DNA of 64,000 nucleotides from positions 35,588,001-35,652,000 of the forward strand of contig NC_043004.1 of assembly GCF_006345805.1 (NCBI RefSeq). Reading direction: 5' to 3'. This document shows, one piece after another, positions 12,541-26,065 of the stretch. The stretch is from Octopus sinensis. Lineage: Eukaryota. A program made the translations under genes and the position numbers. Every line of letters starts with the position of its first letter. The stretch's first letter is position 1. The notes under the pieces were generated by a model. That model did no database searches and was not told the origin of the DNA. It saw only the letters and a list, made by a program, of their open reading frames with translations.

Positions 12541-13391
12541 TGCATGTGTGTGTGTGAGGGCTGTAGAACTCCTCCCTGACCATGTTTCTCCTGAAGCCGT
12601 CAACTTGCAACTATTCAACTGAAACAATAATCACATTGATCTCACTGATCTCAGGGGACCTGTGAAGGCAATGAGCATGTCCCTGTCCTCTAGGCCAAAC
12701 CTAACCAAACCAACACACACACACACATCTGTACATACATATGCACACACACACACACATGCATACATATACCTCCATAGATATATATCTACATGATTTA
12801 CATATATTGAAAGTGAAAGTGCAAGCTACCATACTTGAGGTGGTGACCCAAAAATAATTATTTACAACTCTAATGAGGAGAAACGTCATTAGCATTAATT
12901 GAAGTTATTTCTTAAAAAGACAAAAGAGAGGACTTGCCCAAAATTTCGATCAACCAAAAATTAATTTTAATGGACATATGCAGCGGGGGGTGGTGACTCT
13001 TTCTCCTCTCTAAATTTATGTAAAAATGTATTTTAGAAAAATATGTCCAACTCATCATCTAAAATATGAACTATTCCTATTAAACATATCAGAACCATCA
13101 AGGCAACAGAATAAGCAGAAGATCGACTCAGATACCTTGTGGTATTTAGTTATGCCTTACTGTTCTGAGTTCAAATTCTGCCTGCCGTTCATGGTCCTGA
13201 AGCTTGCAAAGTAGATGCCTGTCAAGTCAATGTTGGGGTCAATATTGAAGTGAATGTAATAATTGTTGGAACCAATGCTCCTATGACCAATACTAATGAA
13301 AATATGATGAAACAATGTATTTACTGCAGCAGGAGTCACAGGTGAGGTTTTAATTGAAAAATCACTTCAGAGTAAGGTTGAATACGTGTTG

Positions 13392-13450
<59 letters not shown>

Positions 13451-13859
13451 GTCATCATCATCATCATCATCATCACCACCACCACCTTTACCTTCATCAT
13501 TTCATGTCTATAGGTATATATATATATCTATCATCATCATCATCATCATTATCACCACCACCACCTTCATCATTTCATGTCTACTTCTCATGGTGGCATG
13601 GGTTAGACAGTTTGATCAGATTTGGTCACCTGGAGAGCTGCACCAGGTTTCATTATCTGCTTTGGCATGGTTTTGGCTCTGGCTGGATGCCTTTCCTAAC
13701 ACAAACCACTCTATAGAGTGTAGAGGATGCTTATATAATAGATTAGAGTCTCCATTAATCATTAAAAACTCACTGGAAACAGCTGTAATGAACTGACACC
13801 TTATCCATCAGTTGTTACTTATTCATATATATATAGATATGTGTATGTATATACATGCT

Positions 13860-15422
13860 CAGTACTGGAAACATTATAATGGATTTTTAGAAAACACTAT
13901 ATATTTTGCATGTTTGGTTATTCAAATGAAACAAATGAGTTTAAATCAAATTAATTTTCACACAATTACGACTGTACATTCTCTGACTCTGATTTTAGCA
14001 ATGGCTTACACAGGTTTCTTGTGACATCTGGCAATAATGAGCTTCTCTTGTGTGTCAACACTAAATTGCATTATGTGGCCCAGCTGTTGCTACCCATGTT
14101 TCCTTCAGATTTAGTCGAGTAGTGGTCGGTGTAGAGTGCTTGTTTGTGTTCTAGTGACTTTTTAGTTACTCTGTGTTGTATTAGTTACAAATTCATGTAG
14201 TAAATTGCACTTAAAGTGTAAAAAACATGTTATTTCAATTCCAGGCCAAAATAGGCAAACAAAAATATTTTAGTCCGTGTAAAATCAGACAAATAGAAGT
14301 GTATTTGAGGGATGCCTCAGTTAAACAGGGAGAAATTGCAAAGAAAATGTTTCAACTCAGACAATTAGTGTGATTAAGAAAAAAAATCCAGAAAAGAACG
14401 AGGATTTGATGAGAAAAAGGGTTGGTAACTGTGGTAGGAAATGAGTAACAACCCCTAGGATTGATAGAGAAATAAAAAGAATTTCTCTCAATAACAGAAG
14501 AGCATCTTGTAAGATTTCCTGTGAATGTGCATCAAAGAACAATTAATGACAGACTTTTGAGATGGTGGATTACTGTATATTGGCCATGAAAAAAACCCAT
14601 GCTCACCCCAATGATGAAGGTGGTGCACCAAACCAGCTTTATAAAGGATTATTTAAAAATAGCTATTAATTTCTGATTGTCATAGACTGAAACAATAACT
14701 TATTCTGGATGTCCTATTAATCAAATATGGTTTTCAATTGTTGGTGGTGGTGTTTTCGGATGAATCCACCATAGCAGTTCTCAAGGATTGGGTGCAAAGC
14801 ATGTGAAGGAGGCTTGGTGAGGAATTTCGTCTGGATTGTCTTCGCAAAACATTAACATTTCAACAGAAGATTATGGTTTGAGGGCCAATTTCTGCCCATA
14901 GAACTAGTCACCTGAAAATAATTGAAGGTTCTATGAACAAAGAGAACTACATAGAGGTACTTAGAAGTAGACTGATACCACAAGTACAGGAATGGTATAG
15001 ATACAGATCTTGGATATTCCAACAGGAATACAGGAATTCCAGGCAGCAAAATTGGTAAAGACGTACTTCCATGACCAGGAAATCAGTTGAAATGAACCCA
15101 ATTGAAAGCCTATGGTGTTTGTTGAAAGAGGAAATACATCAAACCCCTATTACAACCAAATACCACCTTATTGAGTGCCTCACACAAGTTTGATTCCATT
15201 CAGACAGAATCAAAGATTTGTGCAGAATACTAGTTCGTGACATGCCGCAACGTGTGCAAGCCCTTAATTCTGCTAAAGGAGGGCAAATTGACTACTAAAA
15301 TACTAGTTCTGCATAAATAATAAGAAATACATCATCTGAAAATACATAAATTTAATTTATTTTACCTCTATATAGAGAAATACCAAAAATTTCAGAAATC
15401 CATAATAATGTTTCCAGTACTG
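13860..15422 (+). mobile_element. Full-length decayed Tc1-family DNA transposon (~1.56 kb)
   Basis: TIRs: cagtactggaaacattataatggattt at 13860 and its reverse complement ending at 15422, followed by TA (the left TA is not preserved). Internal frames: GKQKYFSPCKIRQIEV, KKPMLTPMMK, VFSDEST, IIEGSMNKENYIEVLRSRLIPQVQEWY...WIFQQE, MNPIESLW. Many stops and frameshifts. Confidence 0.85.
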
Positions 15423-15429
15423 TATATAT

Positions 15430-15705
15430 TATAAACATCATTTAATGCCTGCAGGAAGGTTTAACTAGGGCTGGTAAGCTGAGGGGCTGCACCTGGCTCC
15501 AGTCTGATATGGCATGGTTTCTATGGCCAGATGCCCTTCTTAATGCCAACCCCTTTACAGTGTGCTGGGTGCTTTTATGTGCCACTGGCATGGGTGCCAT
15601 TTGCATGTCACCAGTATCTGCCATGACTACAATTTCGCTTAGCTTGATGGTCCTCCTTCTTAAACACAGCATATTGCCAAATGTTTTGGCCATTTATCAT
15701 TACCT
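15430..15705 (-). mobile_element. RTE LINE 3' end (ORF terminus plus 3' UTR; 'family C')
   Basis: Minus strand reads ...catttggcaatatgctgtgtttaagaag...gttggcattaagaagggcatctggccatagaaacc...; same family as 16500-16885. Confidence 0.7.
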
Positions 15706-16499
15706 CCAGGTGAGAGACAGACAGAAACAAGGAAAATGCCCCTTGTATTTGAATACTATGCAAATATTCTTTTAGAAAACTTTTCTTTTAATTTTTCCAA
15801 AATTTGCTTTCCATATTTATAGTTGAAAAAGTGTCAATGACTGAAACCGGTACTGAAAGGTTTTTTATAAAATTATTTTAGCATTTTCTATCCTGACTTT
15901 TTCCCATACATATAAATATACACATGCATATATATATATATATATATATATATGCATACATTTATATATGTGAGTATCTGTTTGTATGTATAAGTCATAT
16001 GTATATATACTATTTATAATGTGAGAAACTTTAAAAAAGGATCAATGTCAATTGTATATAAAAAATAAACAAGATAAAAAAACTTGCAAAGATGAAGATT
16101 TTGGAAGCATCATTCCAGAGATCTCTTACTGCTAATGTATAAGCTACATTGCCTAAAGCTCTGGATCACCTTTATGTATAGCAATTACATGCAACAGCAA
16201 TTGTTAATTCCATTAGCATACTGCTGGTGCATGGCTGGTGTATTTCATTTTCAAAAAGTAATTAATTTAAACTATGAAAGTTTCAGACTTGAAAATTACA
16301 TTATTGACAAGTGAAAGTTGTTAAGAAAACAGACTTTAGCAGCACCTTTGTAAATATGGTTAACAAATTCATAAGTGTGGAGAGAAAAAAAGAGATGCAA
16401 TGCCTACTGGGCAAAATTGAAACTCAATCTCAGAATTTGTTGGATCAAATAGCTGTGAAGTGTCTAGAAAATTTGGTGAGGCTGAGAACAGCGTCAGGC

Positions 16500-16885
16500 T
16501 ATGGAAGAAGATGAAAGGTCAATTGCATGTGATGCATATGGATGAGGACAGCTGTGTAAAGAATTGCTGATCACTGTGGAGGGAAGACAGGAAATGAGAT
16601 GGTGAAGCATGGTCTTTAAACTTTGGGCCTTACAGAGTTGATGGCAAGTGATCAAAACCTTTGGTGATATGCTGTGCTTGAGAAGACTCACCAAGCCAAG
16701 TGAAATCCTAGTTGTGGCTGATGCCAGCATCATGTGACCAGCACCTGTGCCATGTTAAAAGCACCCATCCAGCCATAGAAACCATCCTGAGCCAGACTGG
16801 AACTCGGTGCAGCTCTCCAGCGTAACAATTGTAATCAAACTGTGTCCAACCCATACCCAGCAAGGAAAACAGACAATGATGATAT
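16500..16885 (+). mobile_element. RTE LINE 3' end with ORF terminus and (GAT)n tail
   Basis: DEDSCVK... and LW*YAVLEKTHQAK-like terminus, then gggcatcc-like box (cacccatccagccatagaaacc) and an atgatgat tail. Confidence 0.7.
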
Positions 16886-16887
16886 AT

Positions 16888-17118
16888 ATTTCTTTACTAT
16901 CCACAAGGGGCTAAACACAGAGGGGAAAAACAAGGACAGACAAAGGGATTAAGTCGATTACATCGACCCCTGTGTGTAACTGGTACTTAATTTATCAACC
17001 CCAAAAGGATGAAAGGCAAAGTCAACCTCGGCGGAATTTGAACTCAGAACGTAACGGCAGACGAAATACGGCTACGCATTTCGCCCGGCATGCTAACAGT
17101 TCTGCCAGCTCGCCGCCT
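16888..17118 (-). mobile_element. Family A SINE, young full-length copy
   Basis: Reverse complement begins aaggcggcgagctggcagaactgttagcatgccgggcgaaatgcgtagccgtatttcgtctgccgttacgttctgagttcaaattccgccgagg. CpGs are intact. Confidence 0.85.
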
Positions 17119-17149
17119 TTATGATGATGTATATATATATATATCATCA

Positions 17150-17770
17150 TCATCATCGTTTAGCGTCCGCTTTCCATGCTAGCATGGGTTGGACGGGTCA
17201 ACTGGGGTCTGTGAAGCTGGAAGGCTTCGTCAGGCCCAGTCAGATCTGGCAGTGTTTCTACGGCTGGATGCCCTTCCTAACGCCAACCACTCCGTGAGTG
17301 TAGTGGGTGTTTTTTACGTGCCACCAGCACAGGTACCAGACAGAGCTGGCGAATGGCCACGAACGGATGGTGCTTTTACGTGTCACCGGCACGAGGCCAG
17401 GCGATGCTGGCAACGGACACGAACGGATGGTGCTTTTACGTGCCACCGACACGGGGCCAGACAGAGCTGGCAAACGGCCACGAACGGACGGTGCTTTTAC
17501 GTGTCACCGGCACGGGGGCCAGCTGAGGCTGGCAACGGACGCGAACGGATGGTGCTTTTACGTGCCACCGACACGGTTGCCAGACAGAGCTGGCAAACGG
17601 CCACGAGCGGATGGTGCTTTTACGTGTCACCGGCACGGGGGCCAGCCGAGGCTGGCAACGGACACGAACGGATGGTGCTTTTACGTGCCACCGACACGGG
17701 GCCAGACAAAGCTGGCAAACGGCCACGAACGGACAGTGCTTTTACGTGTCACCGTCCGTTCGTGGCCGTT
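17150..17770 (-). mobile_element. RTE 3' UTR (family C) carrying a ~61-bp minisatellite organised as ~122-bp dimers
   Basis: (CAT)n then tttagcgtccgctttccatgctagcatgggttggacgg...ggatgcccttcctaacgccaacc. Repeat starts at 17341, 17462, 17585 and 17707. Confidence 0.85.
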
Positions 17771-17932
17771 TATATATATATATATCTAAATATATATACA
17801 TATATATCTCATATTTTTACATATATATATATATATATCTACATATATATACATATATATATATATCTACATATATATACATATATATATTATATATCTA
17901 CATAATATACATATATATATATATATATCTAC

Positions 17933-17963
<31 letters not shown>

Positions 17964-17972
17964 CTATATATA

Positions 17973-18003
<31 letters not shown>

Positions 18004-18163
18004 TATATATATATATACATATATATATATTAATATATGTACATATAATATATATATATATATATACATATATATACATATAATATATATTATATATATA
18101 TACATATATTATTTATATATACATAATAATATATATATACATATATATATAGATATATCTATA

Positions 18164-18195
<32 letters not shown>
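17770..18195. repeat. Compound (TA)n low-complexity tract
   Basis: About 420 bp of TA, TACA and TATC units. Confidence 0.95.
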
Positions 18196-18196
<1 letters not shown>

Positions 18197-19679
18197 CATC
18201 ATCATCATCATCATTTAACGTCCGCTTTCCATGCTAGCATGGTTGGACGGTTCAACTGGGGTCTGGGGAGCCCGAAAGCTGCACCAGTCCAGTCAGATCT
18301 GGCAGTGTTTCTACAGCTGGATGCCCTTCCTAACGCCAACCACTCCGAGAGTGTAGTGGGTGATTTTATGTGCCACCGACACAGGTGCCAGACGAGGCTG
18401 GCAAACGGCCACGCTCGGATGGGTTTTTTTATGTGCCACCGACACAGGTGCCAGACGAGGCTGGCAGATGGCCACGCTCGGATGGTGTTTTTATGTGCCA
18501 CCGACACAGGTGCCAGGCGAGGCTGGCAGACGGCCACGCTCGGATGGTGTTTTTATGTGCCACCGACACAGGTGCCAGATGAGGCTGGCAAACGGCCACG
18601 ATCGGATGGTGCTTGTTACGTGCCCACAGCACAGAGGCCAGTCGATGCGGTACTGGCTACGGCCACGTTCGGATGGTTTTCTTATGTGCCACGTGCCACC
18701 GGCACTGGTACCACAAAGATACAAATTCCATTGATGTTCATCTATTTTGTCTATTTTGATTTGATTTGATTTTCACTTGCCTCAACCGGTCTTCACAAGT
18801 GTCACGAGAAGGAAGGTATGCACAAGTGGACTGACTAGTCTTGCCGGGTCTTCGGAAGGTGTTTTTATGTGCCACCGACACAGGTGCCAGATGAGGCTGG
18901 CGAACGGCCATGATCGGATGGTGTTTGTTACGTGCCCACAGCACGGAGGCCGGTCGATGCGGAACTGGCTACGGCCACGTTCGGATGGTTTTCTCTTGTG
19001 TGCCACCGGCACTGGTACCACAAAGTGTGTGCCACCGGCACTGGTACCACAAAGATACAGATTCCATTGATGTTCATCTATTTTGATTTGTTTTGATTTG
19101 ATTTTCACTTGCCTCAACAGGTCTTCACAAGTGTCACAAGAAGGAAGGTATGCACAGGTGGACTGATACGTCCCAGGTAGGGGCCATGGGTTATGGCCTG
19201 ACTAGTCTTGCCGGGTCTTCGGATGGTGTTTTTATATGCCACCGACACAGGTGCTAGATGAGGCTGGCGAACGGCCACGATCGGATGGTGTTTGTCATGT
19301 GCCCACAGCACGGAGGCCAGTCGATGCGGTACTGGCTACGGCCACTTTCGGATGGTTTTCTCTTGTGTGCCACCAGCATGGTACCACAAAGATACAAATT
19401 CCATTGATGTTCATCTATTTTGATTTGTTTTGATTTGATTTGATTTTGATTTTCACTTGCCTCAACAGGCCTTCACAAGTATCACAAGGAGGAAGGTATG
19501 CCCAGGTGGACTGACTACGTCCCAGGTAGGGGCATGGTTTATGGCCTGACTAGTCTTGCCGGGTCTTCGGAAAGTGTTTTTATGTGCCACCGACACAGGT
19601 GCTAGATGAGGCTGGCGAACGGCCACGACCGGATGTGTTTGTTTATGTGCCCACAGCACGATGGCCAGTGATGCGGTTA
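18195..19679 (-). repeat. RTE 3' UTR (family C) with a 62-bp array followed by a ~310-370-bp tandem array running into the gap
   Basis: tgccaccgacacagg recurs at 18371, 18434, 18496 and 18558, then at 18870, 19237 and 19585. Confidence 0.85.
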
Positions 19680-19779
19680 NNNNNNNNNNNNNNNNNNNNN
19701 NNNNNNNNNNNNNNNNNNNNNNNNNNNNNNNNNNNNNNNNNNNNNNNNNNNNNNNNNNNNNNNNNNNNNNNNNNNNNNN
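19680..19779. other. Assembly gap (100 N)
   Basis: Run of 100 n, directly abutting the tandem array. Confidence 1.
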
Positions 19780-19899
19780 TCTTTTATTTTTTGCTAGAAA
19801 GCTGACACATCTATTCTTCAGTCTAACTATTGTGGGCACGGGATAAATTGTTTTCTGCGATTTTTGCTTAGAGATGGGTGTCACATAAAAAGCATTCAT

Positions 19900-20105
19900 G
19901 CTGGTGCCACACAACAACACTCATGCCAGTGGTGCATTAAAAGAAACCATCACACACTGTAAAGTGGTTGGTGTTAGGAAGGACATCCAGCCATAGAAAC
20001 TAGGCCAAACCAGATTGGAACCTGACACAGCGTTCCAGTTGCCAGCTACAGTCAAACCATCCAACCCATACCAGCATGGAAAACGGATGTTAAAGGTTGA
20101 TGATG

Positions 20106-20110
<5 letters not shown>
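19900..20110 (+). mobile_element. RTE 3' UTR (family C)
   Basis: gtggttggtgttaggaaggacatccagccatagaaac...ccaacccataccagcatggaaaacggatgttaa...gatgatg tail. Confidence 0.75.
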
Positions 20111-20148
<38 letters not shown>

Positions 20149-20384
20149 CGCATATGGGTGATATACTCAAGTAAAGAACACGGAAGATGTCAATAAAATT
20201 AAAAGGAAACCAAGGTTTCAATTCCACACCAAAATTCAACAAGCTGAGAAATACATAAAAAAAAACAGACATCACATTTATTCACATGAAAGACATAAAT
20301 ACATATACACATAACAGGAGACAGCGAATAACCGGATATAAAACGAATATACATTGAGGAGACAGTGAAGGCTCTGATATCATC

Positions 20385-20722
20385 ATTATCATCATCATCA
20401 TCGTTTAACGTCCGTTCTCCATGCTAGCATGGGTTGGACGGTTCGACCAGGGATCTGGGAAGCCAGAAGGCTGCATCAGGCCCAGTCTGATCTGGCAGTG
20501 TTTCTACAGCTGGATGCCCTTCCTAATGCCAACCACTCCGTGAGTGTAGTGGGTGCTTTTTACGTGCCACCTGCACTGGAGCCAGGTGAGGCTGGCATCG
20601 GCCACGGTCGGATTGGTGCATTTTACGTGCCACCTGCATGGAAGCCAGTCGTGCAGATGTCACGTAAAATGCACCAATCCGACCATGGCTGATTGGAGCA
20701 TTTTACGTGCCACCTGCACGAC
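20385..20722 (-). mobile_element. RTE 3' UTR (family C) with a local inverted triplication
   Basis: (CAT)n-tttaacgtccgttctccatgctagcatgggttggacgg...; inverted repeat at 20601-20689. Confidence 0.8.
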
Positions 20723-23174
20723 ATACCTAAATGTCAATTTCTTTAATTATAAAAGCAAATGTTGAGTTTACCTGATCGAACCATCCCAAGATGAAGAAAA
20801 TAATAGATGTGTGTCATTGTGGGCAAATTTTATTCCTGATATAACATTCTTGTGTGCATTGAATGTAAATCCTTACTTAAAAGAGCCTTGAGATTTTTCT
20901 GCTCCAAACAAAGAACTACATAAAGATATCCATGGAATAAAACAACCACTAATTAATGTTGGATAGTTTAACAAACAGATTAAGCCATAGAACAATACAG
21001 AAAGAAATAAACCACCCTTATCAGACACAAACCACATAAAATGCCTTCTATGAATTGTATAATGCACAGCAAATGTAGAATAGCTGAATATATGAAAAAT
21101 CTTTGTAAAACAGGGCATAAGATGTATTACACCCAATACTGGTAAACTGACACTAAAATAATTTTTTTAAAAAACAGTAAAATTTTATCAAAAACATGCT
21201 AAAATTACATATATCTGCGAACAAACTGCTAAAGAACGATTTGATTAATAAATTCAATAACAAATGTAAAAGTTGTAAACTACAATTGCTATATTGGTCA
21301 AATAAGTAGGTTACTCTCCTTCTGACTCACCATACTCTCCTTACAAGGTGCAATTTCAATGTATTAAACCATACAACACCGAAATAAGCTAGACTTGAAA
21401 ACATAAGTGGATAACACATCCTTTCAATCCAGAATCCGTTATGAAAATTGGGTGATTAATGATTAAAACAATCCACAATGATAAAAATGTACACCCAGTG
21501 CAAAAAGGAGTTCTTTTGACACTGAGGATGCATAAACCCAATGATCAAAATTCCAATTCTTTATATACACCACTCCCATCTGCCATGTCTACTATAATGT
21601 GACAGCAATCTATGACAACAACACTTCAGTCTGAAGATGAGACCACAAAGGCTGAAGGCCTACAAATGCCAATGAAGGATTTAGAAACTTTACCAGTTGG
21701 TATAAAATGCAAGCAACTCCTGAAAAAGATATCGGAAAGTAGAATTGGTGAGTGGAGGGAGTCCTTGAATAAACCTAAAACTAGAACACAGCTATGAATT
21801 CAATAAATCTAAACAGAAAGTTGTTCTTCAATTATACATACAAGCATACAATCATGCATACACACACACATTGATAGATATGTGACAACTGTTGCTGTTG
21901 GTATATTTATAGTCAGCTGTCACACAATATTACTTCTCTTCATATCACTAGTTTATCACAGAGAACATGGGCCTTAAAGGATAATCACTACTAGCCTCAA
22001 GATAAGTTCTTTTTACATGAGGTTTAGTTCAAAATATAATTTTATATTAAATTATCTATTTTAAATTATATTAATTTTTTTCCCTCTTCAAACAGTTATT
22101 TCTCTGTTGCTATCAATACATCTACCTGATATATTGTTTTTCTTCATTTCTCTTGATGGATTTTATTTTCATCTTTCCTTTATTTTCACTTCTCTTACTC
22201 TCCATAGTCTTTCATTTCTCTTTCCCTCTATCTATCTCTTTCTCCCCCTTACTCCCTCCCTCAATCTCTCTCTCTCTTATCACATGCCACTGAAATAATA
22301 TTTTTAGAAGAGTTTTACTCTTTAAAATACTGATTGCTTCAAGAGGAAAGAAGGGAGAAGGAAAAAGAGGTAACATCAAACAAACAAGTTCTTTTGCTGT
22401 AAAATGCACAAAATATGTAAAATACAAAGTTTTACTATCATAACCTAGTTGCTTGAATTATAAAACTATATCTCTGTATATACACAGATGCATGGGCATG
22501 CGAGTGTGCCTATGTATATACAGAAGTGAGGTATATACATACATAGCTATATGCACCGTGCATACACACACATGCAAGAATGTGTGTTTACAATTTTAAA
22601 CAATATTATAAATACTTCCACATTTAGATAATGTACATATATATATCTTCCTTTATGTCAATATTGCATTTAGAATTTAATAAAACAAAATTTATTCCCC
22701 ATTCTATTAAGATGGTTTCACCTATACTGAGTATTTTAGTTTTATTTTCCCTGTGAACAGAAAGTGCGTCTGAATACCAGAGCATCTTCCTTATGTCTGT
22801 GGTGATATCTTGTGCCCAAGATTGGTTAGCAAATCGTCACGGTTTCGGATAAACTGAGTTCTAGTTTTTCTCTATCAGCATATTCTTCTTATACTGATCT
22901 CCATCGCTTTGCACGACATCAAAAGGATTTTTGTTACGGCATTATGTGCAGCGTTCATGTGACACTTTTGTTTATATAATAATGAATAGCATACAGTAGT
23001 AGAGTTAGTCACTAATGTTGTGTGTGTGAAGAGGGGTGGGCAAGATATACCATGTCGTGACATCATATGATTGTGTGACTGATTACAGAAATGTAAGAAA
23101 TTACTAGAGTCATGATTTAGCAGAAAATTGGAAAATAAAGAAAAAAAAATTGTAATTATTCATTTATTTTTCTT

Positions 23175-23210
<36 letters not shown>

Positions 23211-24847
23211 ATTCATTTAATATAATCATTTTCTTCATCCTAAAATTTTTATTTCTCTTCTCATTTGATTTCAATGTAGAGAGAAGAGTGTTTATCTACC
23301 ACAGCTATTCACAGCAACTTCAACCGAGCTTGCAAAGCCTTTCAAAACTCATGTATTACAGCAACTGATAATATATTACATTATTAAAATTCTCTTTCAT
23401 TGATTGGCCAGCTTCCTAATTGCTATGCTTCTTCGATTAAACTAGTATGGAACCTGTAGTATATGTTATAAAGAGACCCTGAATTTAAAAAATGGGTAGC
23501 TTTTTATTGAATTATATTTATTGTATCCAAGTGTGTATTTGAAGACTCAATGTTTATAGATCAGTTAACACGTGTATGTTGAGGATGGGGGTGGGGGTGA
23601 AAGGACTATTAGAATCCCATCATTTATTATTTTATTGAAAGTTTGAATTTTTTCCTTGTTTTGGAGGAAGGGCAATGCTCATGAATATTTCCATCATCTC
23701 TAAGTTCGTTAGGGTGGGGAGATATCCTCAAATTCAGGGCCAGCAACAAGATGGTTCTACTAAAGATACCCAAGAAACATGCTGTTGAGTCAACCTAGGT
23801 GAAACCAAGTAGCAGATCAAATGTTCCACTCAAGAAGGCCACAGTGGAATATGAAATCAGAAAACAAAGAGCTGAAACAAATAATTCAAAGCTTCTCATT
23901 CGACACTCAAATAATTCTATTGGTCCACTACCCTGCACAGATACTTTATTTATTAGCCCCAGATGTGTTTCAGATATTTAGAAGATTAACTCAGGAAGAC
24001 AACAGTTCAATCATAATAAATTGTGTGCTGAATCTGAGCCATGTAAATCCATCTTCTACAAGCCTTTGTCTTGTGTTAACCCTAAGAAACCTTAAAAGTT
24101 ACAATATTATATGAAGTGACAAATACATAATCTCATTATTTAAAAACCTAAGCTGCACAAATTAAGTCCACTCTCCTGATACACTACTACTCTAGCATTA
24201 AGTAAATTAGTTTTTTTGGTTTAACACTGGAAATGTAATTACATTAATTTAAAGTTATTATTTCTGATGTGAAATTCCGCAAAAGATTGAAGTAGGAACT
24301 GCACTCAGGAAAATATTTCTTATGTGTTTAAAAATCCAAATTTAATTTAACGAGTATCGTTATCATTACATTGTCTCTAATATATACGGAATAATAGGAT
24401 TCGTTCCACTGATTTTATTTATGAGAACAAAAATAATTAACTTCAATTATTGTATGATGAGTTTAATGTATCAAAATAGAGAAAGAGAATGGCAAGTCTG
24501 TCAATTAACATCAGACATAAATAAAGTCTGAATCAGAAATGATGGCTTACAAACATTTCATTAAAAGTGTATTTCAGAAGTGTTGTGAGTATGAAATCAA
24601 TCTTAAACAACCAGTTGTTCATGAAAGACAGTCTAATAGAAGAATAAGATGGCATCTGTGGTGAGGCCCTTGACAATACAGAGATACCAGCATATATTCC
24701 CTGCTCGGTGCTATTGGGGTAGAGATGGCTGTCCACATGTGTGAGTCACATGAGCCAGAGTGGCTGTTCTAGTGCATCTCTCTTGCTATCCTCTGGGACA
24801 ATGCCTCTTCCCTTTTGTCTGCTGGTACCATGGGAAATGTTTCTATA

Positions 24848-25410
24848 TTCTTTTCTACTCTAGGCACAAGGGCCAGTCGATTTGATCGACCCCTGTACGC
24901 AACTGGTACTTAATTTATTGATCCCAAAAGGATGAAAGGCAAAGTTGACCTCAGTGGAATTTGAACTCAGAATATAAAGACAGACGAAATACCTGTTTCT
25001 TTATTACCCACAAGTGGCTAAATATAGAGGGGACAAACAAGAACAGACAAACAGATTAAGTCGATTACATCGACCCCAGTGCGTAACTGGTACTTAATTT
25101 ATCGACCCCGAAAGGATGAAAGGCAAAGTCGACCTTGGCGGAATTTGAACTCAGAAGATATAGACAGATGAAATAACTATTTCTTTACTACCCACAAGGG
25201 GCTAAACACAGAGAGGACAAACAAGGACAGACAAACAGATTAAGTTGATTATATTGACCCCAGGGCATAACTGGTACTCGTTTAATCGACCCCGAAAGGA
25301 TGAAAGGCAAATTCAACCTCGGTAGAATTTGAACTCAGAACATAGCAGCAGACGAAATACCGCTAAGCATTTCACCTGGCTTGCTAACATTTCTGCCAGT
25401 TCGCCGCCTT
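24848..25410 (-). mobile_element. Family A SINE multimer (one head plus about three ~165-bp bodies)
   Basis: aaggatgaaaggcaaa(g/t)t(t/c)(g/a)acc...gaatttgaactcagaa occurs three times (about 24930, 25115 and 25297). The head cgccgcctt occurs only at 25402-25410. Confidence 0.85.
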
Positions 25411-26065
25411 GTCACCACCACCACCACCACCATCATTACCATTCTTCCGATTCCTTATCCATTTCATCATATCAGTAACGAACTTCATTATGTATGTGTT
25501 CCTTCCATTACCATACTTCTGCTGAAATGTGCTACCTCTGTTTCAGTAAATTTTGAAAATAATAAAATTTATATTAAACTCATTTTGGCATTATTAAGGA
25601 TGGTATTTTGAACATAAATTAACATGAAATTTTTGTGGAAGGTTTTAATTTAGATCAGTTTAACACAGGGAACTTGTATCGTAGAAGCAGAAACATTCTC
25701 AGGTGACCTGCTATTAAAATGGTTAATTGTGAAAATATCTCGTTATCATCAATTTGGTATTTGGAACACAACAAAAATGGCTTCAGATAAATATGAACAC
25801 TATATAAGAAGATTCATATCAAAGAGCCTGATGTGAATCCAGGTGAGTTTGACCAAAAAGTTTTTGTGGGATCTGATAATTTTTTTTAAAGTAAAACCTG
25901 ATGAAACAGTCTATTTGGAGGTTAGTTAATATCTACCTGAAATATCAGTGCTTGTTCAAGCAAGAGAGTAGAATATGCTGTCAAACAGTCAACAGGTCAA
26001 CAGTTGTACAGTGTGCATGATGGATTAGCAGAGAATCTTGCCTCTCACAATATAGAAACATTTCT

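Noticed and set aside
12151-12579. Long Y/I/H/T-rich ORFs here and at 30.2, 33.7, 49.3, 50.3 and 52.3 kb
   Set aside because: Translations of (TA)n, (CA)n and (TACA)n microsatellites.
17330-18620. CRISPR-like look of the conserved ~27-bp repeat (gaacggatggtgcttttacgtg) with intervening segments
   Set aside because: The spacers are alternating variants of one another rather than unique, the context is eukaryotic, no cas genes are present, and the repeats lie in an RTE 3' UTR.
17189-19920. Multiple 100-238-aa repetitive ORFs
   Set aside because: They arise from GC-rich tandem repeats open in several frames on both strands. No coding signature.
21605-21747. Plus-strand open frame ending at G|GTGAGT (QSMTTTLQSEDETTKAEG...)
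   Set aside because: Weak acceptor, no recognisable homology, and consensus donors occur by chance several times in 64 kb (others at 21330, 30751 and about 39453 on the minus strand).
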